Position numbers and translations under genes: made by a program | The notes under the pieces: generated by a model | Seen by the model: the letters and a program-made list of their open reading frames with translations, nothing else | Database searches by the model: none | What the model was told of the DNA's origin: nothing | Shown here: piece by piece, positions 25,684-32,379 of the stretch | Layout of the letters: every line of letters begins with the position of its first letter | How positions within the stretch are numbered: position 1 is the first letter of the stretch | NCBI GenBank assembly: GCA_030650885.1 | Contig: JAUSDE010000197.1 | Span: 1 to 36,010, forward strand | From: Thermoleophilia bacterium | GTDB taxonomy: Bacteria > Actinomycetota > Thermoleophilia > BMS3ABIN01 | Reading direction: 5' to 3' | Length of the DNA: 36,010 nucleotides

Positions 25684-27242
25684 CAGATAGAGCAGATAAA
25701 CCCTGGGCCCAGATTCGCGATGCGGTGCTTGTCGCCGTAGCCATAGTCGTCATTACCTACTTCCATTATTATCCACTTCATCTCGAGTTCATCTCACATG
25801 ATAACTTCCATATACTGCTACGGCGTCTTTATTACATCCCCATCCTGTTCTCAGCATATCGTTTCGGCATCAAGGGCGGTCTTCTGGCTTCAATCTCGGT
25901 CTCTGTGCTTTTTATCCCCCATGCGATCATGACCATGGGCGGCCTTTTATTCGAAGGCGAAGCGCTTGAGAATCTCTTTGATATCCTGCTTTACAATATG
26001 GTGGCCTTGATTATGGGCGCCGTTGTCGAAGCCAAGCGCCGGCAAGCCCAGAGATATGAGGAAGTTTTAAAACTCAACAGGGAGATCGAGGACCGTGAGA
26101 CTGATATCCGCCGTATGAAAGCTTATACGGAAAGCATACTGAACAGCGTCAGCAGCGGCGTGATTTCCTGCGACAGGCGCGGAACAATCGTTACCGTGAA
26201 CCCGGAAGCCCGCAAGATGCTGGCGCGTCATGAAGAGGACCTGGTAGCCTTTCCACTCGTTCGTATATTCGAAAAACACGATGAACTCAATCGTGCTGCT
26301 GAGCTCGTGCTGTCGGGCAAACAGACTCGAGCGACCATGGAGACAGAACTCGAATCCGCAGGCCGGCCGATGCCCGTAGCCGTTCGTATCACGCCACACC
26401 GAAGCAGCGGTCAGACTGTCGGAATCGTCATCACTCTCGAGGATCTGACCGAGGTCAAGGATCTGACCGAGCAGCTGCTGCGCGCAGACAAGCTATCCGG
26501 GCTCGGAGAACTTGTAGCCGGCGTCGCCCATGAAGTACGCAATCCCCTGGGCGTGATCAAGGCCAGCGTCCAGATGCTCGAGCAGGAAATGGAGCAGGGT
26601 TGTCAGGATGCTGAACTGACCCACGTGATGGCGCAGGAGATCGACCGACTCGACTCGGTGGTTAACGCGCTGCTTGACTTCGGCAGGCCATCTCAGTCAC
26701 AGTTTGGGCCTGTGGATGCTCACCGGGTGCTCGGTGAGGTCGTTCTTTTGACCAAACAGTTTGCCAAGCAGCAGAACGTGACGGTTTTCGACGAAAGCCT
26801 GGAAGGGCTGCCGGAGATAAGGGCAGACGAGGACAGGTTGAAGCAGATTTTTGTTAACCTGATTTCCAATGCCATCCAGGCGATGCCGGATGGCGGAAAC
26901 CTGACGATCAGCGCGGCCGTAAGGGAAGGCTTCCTCAGAATCTCTTTTTCGGATACCGGCATCGGCATCTCTCCCGAGGAAAAGGACCGCATCTTCGATC
27001 CATTCCATACAACACGCGCTGAGGGCAGCGGCCTGGGCCTGTCCATCGTGCATCGCATAGTAGACGCTCACAACGGGTACATTACCGCGGAAAGTGAGCC
27101 GGGCACCGGCAGCACTTTCACTGTTGGCTTGCCGATGGCTTATCAGCCAGAAGGCGAAGCCGGCGATCGGGTTTCAACCGCGAGTGAAAGTACAGATGGA
27201 ACTGTTTTGACAACAATCGAGGAAGATACCGATGTCCACTAG
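25680..27242 (+). CDS. Sensor histidine kinase (polytopic N-terminal domain, PAS, HisKA, HATPase_c)
   Basis: 520-aa ORF. The N-terminal ~120 aa are hydrophobic. PAS-like block: ILNSVSSGVISCDRRGTIVTVNPEARKML. H-box VAGVAHEVRNPLGVI, N-box FVNLISNAIQAM, G-boxes FSDTGIGI and GSGLGLSIV. Confidence 0.9.
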   Translation: MTDRADKPWAQIRDAVLVAVAIVVITYFHYYPLHLEFISHDNFHILLRRLYYIPILFSAYRFGIKGGLLASISVSVLFIPHAIMTMGGLLFEGEALENLFDILLYNMVALIMGAVVEAKRRQAQRYEEVLKLNREIEDRETDIRRMKAYTESILNSVSSGVISCDRRGTIVTVNPEARKMLARHEEDLVAFPLVRIFEKHDELNRAAELVLSGKQTRATMETELESAGRPMPVAVRITPHRSSGQTVGIVITLEDLTEVKDLTEQLLRADKLSGLGELVAGVAHEVRNPLGVIKASVQMLEQEMEQGCQDAELTHVMAQEIDRLDSVVNALLDFGRPSQSQFGPVDAHRVLGEVVLLTKQFAKQQNVTVFDESLEGLPEIRADEDRLKQIFVNLISNAIQAMPDGGNLTISAAVREGFLRISFSDTGIGISPEEKDRIFDPFHTTRAEGSGLGLSIVHRIVDAHNGYITAESEPGTGSTFTVGLPMAYQPEGEAGDRVSTASESTDGTVLTTIEEDTDVH

Positions 27243-28575
27243 CATTCTTGTCGTCGACGATGAAAAGAACATGCGTTTTGTCGTAGGCAGGGCACTATCA
27301 GGCGCAGGCCATGAAATACGCGAGGCTGCCTGCGGCGAAGATGCACTCGAGGCTTTCGATGTTGCCATCCCTGATCTGGTAATCCTCGACCAGCGCATGC
27401 CGGGAATGGGTGGCCTGGCCACTCTCAGCGAGATCAAGAAATCTTACCCGGACATGCCGGTCATCATGTTGACTGCCCACGGGAATGTCGAAAGCGCCGT
27501 GCAGGCCATGAAGGCCGGAGCCACAGAATATCTGACCAAACCCTTTGACGTGGAGGAGCTCAAGCTCACGGTCGCCAAAGCTCTCAAAGTCGGCAACCTC
27601 GTTCGCCAGGTTGATTATCTGCGCGGCGAACTCGATCGCGATTATGATACGTCGGGCATCGTGGGAGACAGCCAGGCAATGAAGGACGTCCTCGAAACTG
27701 TCGCGCGCGTGGCCGCATCCGATGCCAACGTGATGGTCTACGGAGAAAGCGGCACGGGCAAGGAGCTGATCGCCCGGGCACTCCATGAACAAAGCAACCG
27801 CAACGGCAAGCCATTCATTCAGCTCAGTTGCGCGGCATTGCCAGAAACGCTCCTTGAGAGCGAACTCTTCGGCTACGATAAAGGTGCTTTTACCGGAGCC
27901 GTTGACTCGAAACCCGGCCGCTTCGAACTGGCCGACTCCGGTACGCTCTTCCTTGACGAGATAGGGGACATCTCCCTCACCGTCCAGGTCAAACTGCTGC
28001 GCGTGCTCGAACAGATGAGCTTCGAAAGGCTCGGCGGCTCCAAGACGATAAATGTAGACATCAGACTTATCGGCGCCACAAACCGCGACCTTCCCGCAAT
28101 GATAAGGGAAGGAGAATTCCGCGAGGATCTTTTTTACCGTCTGAACGTCATCCCGATCAACCTGCCTCCGCTGCGCGATCGTCGCGGCGATATCAAACTG
28201 CTGGTCCGGCATTTTCTGAAGCGATTCTCAAATGACAAGGAGATGTCGGCTGAAGCCCTCAGACTGCTGGAAGATTATCACTGGCCAGGTAACGTGCGCG
28301 AGCTTCAAAATGCAATCGAAAGGGCGACCATTCTTAGCCGGGAAAAGGTCATGGTCCCCGCCGACCTTCCAGCCGAGATCAGACAGCGCGCTTCGCTTTC
28401 CAGCGATACTATTAGTCTGCCCGCAGAAGGAGTCGCGCTGGAAAAAGTGGAACGCGAGCTGATCATGCAGGCACTGCAGCGCACTGGTGGCAATCGCACA
28501 AAAGCGGCCGAATTGCTGGGAATAAGCCGGCATACATTGCTGTACCGAATAGAAAAATATAGGCTGGGTCAATGA
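27232..28575 (+). CDS. Sigma-54-dependent response regulator (NtrC family bEBP: REC + AAA+ + Fis-type HTH)
   Basis: 447-aa ORF overlapping the kinase gene by 11 nt. REC domain (LVILDQRMPGMGG), Walker A GESGTGKE, the sigma-54 contact loop GAFTGA (YDKGAFTGAV), and C-terminal HTH NRTKAAELLGISRHTLLYRIEKY. Confidence 0.92.
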   Translation: MSTSILVVDDEKNMRFVVGRALSGAGHEIREAACGEDALEAFDVAIPDLVILDQRMPGMGGLATLSEIKKSYPDMPVIMLTAHGNVESAVQAMKAGATEYLTKPFDVEELKLTVAKALKVGNLVRQVDYLRGELDRDYDTSGIVGDSQAMKDVLETVARVAASDANVMVYGESGTGKELIARALHEQSNRNGKPFIQLSCAALPETLLESELFGYDKGAFTGAVDSKPGRFELADSGTLFLDEIGDISLTVQVKLLRVLEQMSFERLGGSKTINVDIRLIGATNRDLPAMIREGEFREDLFYRLNVIPINLPPLRDRRGDIKLLVRHFLKRFSNDKEMSAEALRLLEDYHWPGNVRELQNAIERATILSREKVMVPADLPAEIRQRASLSSDTISLPAEGVALEKVERELIMQALQRTGGNRTKAAELLGISRHTLLYRIEKYRLGQ

Positions 28576-28666
28576 CCGCCTTGACCCTGACTACTGACAC
28601 AGGTATTCTGATTAACAATAATATGAACGACTTTAGCCCCATTGCCAGGGAGCCGAAGAAGGCAAA

Positions 28667-29869
28667 ATGAAACGACTCGGACTCCTCTACCTGGCCGCTC
28701 AGAACCTGCGACGCAAGCCTTTTCGAAGCTTTGTCACTATTGCGATCGTAGCTCTGGCCGCCGGCACGCTATTCTCTGCAACCCTGCTGATCGGAAGCGT
28801 TGATCGCAGCCTGGAAGTAGGGATGGAGCGTCTGGGCGCCGATTTGCTGGTCGTGCCTGAAGGTTACCAGGAGTCCGGACAGGCAGCGCTGATCACCGGA
28901 GCGCCTACCAGCTTCTATATGGATGGCAGCATCCTCGACCAGGTGAAGACGGTCCCCGGGGTCGATCAGGCGTCTCCGCAACTCTTTATCGAATCCATGG
29001 TTTCTTCTCAATGCTGCACGGGCCACGTACAGCTGGTTGGCTATGATCCATCAAGTGATTTTGTTGTCAGCCCCTGGCTGAGAGACAATCTCCAGCGGAC
29101 GCTTAGCAAGGACGAAGTCGTGATTGGTTCGCTAATCCTTGCAAACAAGGGCGAACAGGTGCATTTCTACGGCCATGACTTCGATGTCGCCGGTGTCCTT
29201 GACGCCACCGGAATGGGCGTCGATGAGAGCGTCTTCATGAGCCTGGATACCGCTTATCTGATGGCTAGGGAATCCGCCCAGGTGGCTGAATCGCCGCTGG
29301 ACGTCAAACCAGGCCAGATCTCATCCGTGCTGGTGAAGATGGCGGACGGCACCAATGTAGACCAGTTGACTCAAAGGATAAAGACGAATGTTCCAGGAAC
29401 CACTGTCATCACTGCAAACGAGTTAAGCCGCTCGGTGACTGATCGGATCTCCGGCTTCAAGCGCGGTTTTATCGCAGTGGATGCGATCGTATGGATAATG
29501 TCGCTTCTGACTATAGCTGCTATTTTTTCCATGATCGTCAATGAGCGGCAGAGGGAGATCGGCCTCCTAAGGGCAATGGGATCCAGCCGGCAATTCGTAT
29601 TCCGCCTTATGCTGACTGAAGCGGTCTTCCTGACCGCGGCCGGCGGCATCGCAGGAATATTTGTTGGGGGCGCCGCCCTGTTTATCTTCAAGGCGATCAT
29701 CACTTCCAGCCTTGGTATACCTTATCTATGGCCTCCGGTTCTGACTTTCGTGAAGCTTATGGCTATCACCATGATACTGGCGATAGTCAGTGGTGCTGTA
29801 GCCTCTTTATATCCAGCGCTTAGCTCCAGCAGGCTGGAGCCATATGCAGCTATCAGGCGGGGCGAGTGA
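28667..29869 (+). CDS. ABC transporter permease, FtsX/MacB-like (extracytoplasmic domain between TM1 and TM2)
   Basis: 400-aa ORF. The order is N-terminal TM, a ~230-aa soluble region, then three C-terminal TM segments with ...RQREIGLLRAMGSSRQFVF... (FtsX-type). Confidence 0.82.
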   Translation: MKRLGLLYLAAQNLRRKPFRSFVTIAIVALAAGTLFSATLLIGSVDRSLEVGMERLGADLLVVPEGYQESGQAALITGAPTSFYMDGSILDQVKTVPGVDQASPQLFIESMVSSQCCTGHVQLVGYDPSSDFVVSPWLRDNLQRTLSKDEVVIGSLILANKGEQVHFYGHDFDVAGVLDATGMGVDESVFMSLDTAYLMARESAQVAESPLDVKPGQISSVLVKMADGTNVDQLTQRIKTNVPGTTVITANELSRSVTDRISGFKRGFIAVDAIVWIMSLLTIAAIFSMIVNERQREIGLLRAMGSSRQFVFRLMLTEAVFLTAAGGIAGIFVGGAALFIFKAIITSSLGIPYLWPPVLTFVKLMAITMILAIVSGAVASLYPALSSSRLEPYAAIRRGE

Positions 29870-29876
29870 CGCGCTC

Positions 29877-30560
29877 ATGACTACCGACGCAATGATCGTT
29901 CTAAAGGATATCAGCAAGACCTATAAGGTCGGCCCCAGTACAGTGCGAGCTGTCGAGAAAGTCGACCTTGAGATACCCCGTGGGCAGATGGTCTCTATCG
30001 TGGGGCACTCCGGCTCGGGAAAGACAACTCTTCTGAGCCTCATTGGAGGTCTTACCAAACCGAGTGACGGCCGCGTGATAATCGACGACATCAACATCTG
30101 GACGCTCTCAGATAAAGAGATGTCACAGCTCAGAAATGAGAAGATCGGATTCTCTTTCCAGTTTGCCAGCCTGTTCCCCACGCTTAACGCGATCGACAAT
30201 GTCAGGCTGCCGGCGACTTTCGGCAGTAAAAATGAATCCGACCATGATCGCGCCATCGAGCTTCTGAATCTCGTAGGCCTGGAAGACAGGATCTATTCAT
30301 ACCCTGGCCAGCTTTCAGGTGGCGAGCAGCGGCGGGTAGCCCTGGCGCGCACCTTGATGAACAAGCCGCGGCTCATCCTTGCTGATGAACCAACTGGTGA
30401 CCTTGATGAGGATACCGAGGCTGACATCCTGGAGATCTTCCGCACGATCAACGGCGAAGGCGTGACGATTGTCATCGTCACCCACTCCCGGGCGGTCGCC
30501 TCGCAGGCCCAGAGGATGCTGCGCATGCATCGCGGCCTGCTCTCCGAGGAGGAAGAATGA
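29877..30560 (+). CDS. ABC transporter ATP-binding protein (MacB/LolD-like)
   Basis: The ORF track starts at 29844, inside the permease gene. MTTDAMIVLKDISKTY starts at ATG 29877, 8 nt after the permease stop. Walker A GHSGSGKTTLL, signature LSGGEQRRVALARTL, Walker B ILADEPTGDLD. Confidence 0.88.
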   Translation: MTTDAMIVLKDISKTYKVGPSTVRAVEKVDLEIPRGQMVSIVGHSGSGKTTLLSLIGGLTKPSDGRVIIDDINIWTLSDKEMSQLRNEKIGFSFQFASLFPTLNAIDNVRLPATFGSKNESDHDRAIELLNLVGLEDRIYSYPGQLSGGEQRRVALARTLMNKPRLILADEPTGDLDEDTEADILEIFRTINGEGVTIVIVTHSRAVASQAQRMLRMHRGLLSEEEE

Positions 30561-30895
30561 GACGGAATCTCGACATAGCCAGGACAGGTCTGTACACTTC
30601 AGGCGTCATGATCATCCTGCTGGCCATATCTTTGTTCATCATCGCTGGATGTGGGTCACAGGCTGGTATCGGCCAGAGCCAATATGAGCAGGTCCAGAAA
30701 GGCATGACCCTGGACGATGTAGAGGGTCTGCTGGGGCAACCAGACCGCAGCCATCGCACAGGTCCTACAAATAATCCCAGCATCATCTGGTATTACAATA
30801 AGTCAGAAGCCGAAGGCCTGGTGCGCATCGGCTTCGTCAATGCCAAAGTGGACAGCCTTTCACCCTACGATCTCAGCGTCAATCTCGACGAATAG
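30557..30895 (+). CDS. Small lipoprotein (SmpA/OmlA-like fold suggested)
   Basis: 112-aa ORF with an ATGA overlap onto the ATPase stop. Lipobox LFIIAGCGSQ, then YEQVQKGMTLDDVEGLLGQPDR, typical of small BamE/SmpA-like lipoproteins. Confidence 0.7.
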   Translation: MRRNLDIARTGLYTSGVMIILLAISLFIIAGCGSQAGIGQSQYEQVQKGMTLDDVEGLLGQPDRSHRTGPTNNPSIIWYYNKSEAEGLVRIGFVNAKVDSLSPYDLSVNLDE

Positions 30896-30915
30896 CAGCC
30901 CGGCCCCACCGCTTC

Positions 30916-30947
30916 ACCGCTTATGTGCCAAATGCCACACAAGCGGT
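30916..30947. promoter_or_regulatory. 32-bp dyad containing TGT-N10-ACA; candidate bEBP enhancer (UAS), alternatively a terminator hairpin
   Basis: ACCGCTT-a-TGTG-ccaaatgc-CACA-c-AAGCGGT has 11 of 12 arm positions complementary. Its centre is ~170 bp upstream of the GG of the 31100 promoter. Confidence 0.5.
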
Positions 30948-31099
30948 AGCAGAAGGCTCAGTTAGGGGCCGAATCCCACCGTTTCACACGGCTTTTTTTC
31001 TCCCAGCCCATTTCTCCGAATTACCGTATAAGCTAATAATCCACGCTTTTGCAGGCTTTTTTATATTTAATGCCGCAAATGCATGGTTTTGTCGTAGAT

Positions 31100-31115
31100 T
31101 GGCACATTCCTTGCT
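31100..31115 (+). promoter_or_regulatory. Sigma-54 (-24/-12) promoter
   Basis: TGGCAC-attcc-TTGCT is an exact match to the TGGCAC-N5-TTGCW consensus. It is intergenic, ~180 nt upstream of ATG 31297, and rpoN and a bEBP are encoded just upstream. Confidence 0.8.
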
Positions 31116-31126
31116 TCATATACAGG

Positions 31127-31185
31127 CAGCAAATGACTTCATGCCCTTCTAATCGGTCTGGGTCCCAGGTTATTGCTGATTTTTT
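31127..31185 (+). promoter_or_regulatory. Terminator-like stem-loop plus U6 at the very start of the sigma-54 transcript (possible attenuator)
   Basis: CAGCAAAUGAC (31127-31137) pairs with GUUAUUGCUG (31169-31178): 10 bp with one bulged A and one G-U. This encloses the inner palindrome CUGGG-U-CCCAG and is followed by A-UUUUUU-G (T run 31180-31185). Confidence 0.35.
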
Positions 31186-31244
31186 GCTCCGGCGGGTGAA
31201 CCGGAGCCTGATTTTACGAGAACCCCAGTATCTTGTAAGCGGAT

Positions 31245-31281
31245 TTTCCTGACGGGGTCACTGGGGGACCCCGTCAGGAAA
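31245..31281 (+). promoter_or_regulatory. Perfect 15-bp stem hairpin 16 nt upstream of the start codon
   Basis: TTTCCTGACGGGGTC (31245-31259), loop ACTGGGG, GACCCCGTCAGGAAA (31267-31281). There is no U tract on either strand, so it is a leader structure rather than a classical terminator. The right arm contains CAGGAAAT, which is repeated at the real RBS/ATG (31291-31298). Confidence 0.6.
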
Positions 31282-31296
31282 TAACTACCCCAGGAA

Positions 31297-32373
31297 ATGA
31301 AAGACACGACTAAAAAAAAGATCTTCCTTTTCAGCGTCGCATCAGTGGCGCTGATCGCGTGCGCCTGGATAGCCATACCCACTGCTTCGATCAGCCCCGG
31401 CGATATCGAGAAAGCCGTTCCCCTTGGCCAGCCTGTTTCCATAAACTCTTCGCCGCTTGCAGCAATTGGAAAAGTGGCCGTCTACGCCGATGACCAGCAG
31501 CTGGCCCTGGAGTACAACCTCGGAAGCGGAGACCTCAGCCGCGATTTCCAGCTCAAACCGGGACAAAGCATACGTATTGAAGCGAAAATATCTTCCGTAA
31601 TCGGACTCACTCGCGAATTCACCTCTACTTTCACTACGGTGGAACCGGTGACCATGGCCGATATTTCAGTAAATGGCTCAAGGATGGAGCCTGGACAAAA
31701 GATCCCGCCACAGCCGACGCTGACATTCTCGTTCAGTAAACCGTTGAGCTCGGCTTCCGTTTCTCTCGACGGCAGTGACGCAATCGAACTACAGATAGAC
31801 CCGGAAGATCCTACCGTTGCCACTTTGCCACCGACAGTCTCGTTGAAGCAGGGTGCGACCCATCTGATGAACCTGACGGCGACGGCAGTCGATACGGCGA
31901 CACTGGATTCTCGTGAAGTCCGAGCCAGTGTCGTAAGGCCGCTTTCCCTTTACGGCAGCGTGACCACAGTCGACGGACAGACAAAGATCGAGCTCGATTC
32001 CACGGCTGCTTTCGGTGATCCTGCCGCGGTTAGGGCAGCCCTTTCGACTACACTCCCGAGCCCCGAGGTCGTAGTGGATAAACAAAAGATCCTGATCACC
32101 TGCGCGAGCCTTGAACCGGGCAACGATTACACGATAAAGCTGGCGAGCGCTCTGGGCGGCGACGGCAGCTTTCTGGAAGCGCCGCTTGAGATGAATGTGA
32201 CTTACCGCTCTGATCCATCAGCGGTTTCACCATCAGGAAACACCGGTTACCGCGGTTATGTATATACCAGCGGCGGCACTTCGTCAGGCTCTGCCTCAGG
32301 TAGCGGAGGAGCTCCAGCTGATTCGGGACCACCTCCGGGATGGCCATCATGTTGTCCCTGGCCGCCTCAATAA
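31297..32373 (+). CDS. Membrane-anchored/secreted Ig-like (Big_5/SbsA-like) domain protein with Gly/Ser/Pro-rich, Cys-Cys-containing C-terminus
   Basis: 358-aa ORF with an N-terminal TM/signal segment IFLFSVASVALIACAWIAI and beta-rich segments (e.g. KIPPQPTLTFSFSKPLSSASVSLDG). The tail is SGGTSSGSASGSGGAPADSGPPPGWPSCCPWPPQ. It is the first gene downstream of the sigma-54 promoter at 31100. Confidence 0.75.
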   Translation: MKDTTKKKIFLFSVASVALIACAWIAIPTASISPGDIEKAVPLGQPVSINSSPLAAIGKVAVYADDQQLALEYNLGSGDLSRDFQLKPGQSIRIEAKISSVIGLTREFTSTFTTVEPVTMADISVNGSRMEPGQKIPPQPTLTFSFSKPLSSASVSLDGSDAIELQIDPEDPTVATLPPTVSLKQGATHLMNLTATAVDTATLDSREVRASVVRPLSLYGSVTTVDGQTKIELDSTAAFGDPAAVRAALSTTLPSPEVVVDKQKILITCASLEPGNDYTIKLASALGGDGSFLEAPLEMNVTYRSDPSAVSPSGNTGYRGYVYTSGGTSSGSASGSGGAPADSGPPPGWPSCCPWPPQ

Positions 32374-32379
32374 AATGAG

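Noticed and set aside
30950-30999. tRNA-like fragment (GGGGCCGAATCCCACC) and possible terminator (CCGT-ttcac-ACGG + T7)
   Set aside because: The T-arm-like stretch lacks a complementary stem (GGGG versus CCCA), no cloverleaf can be drawn, and there is no integrase nearby. The T7 run (30993-30999) follows only a 4-bp stem, so a terminator call is too weak to list as a feature.
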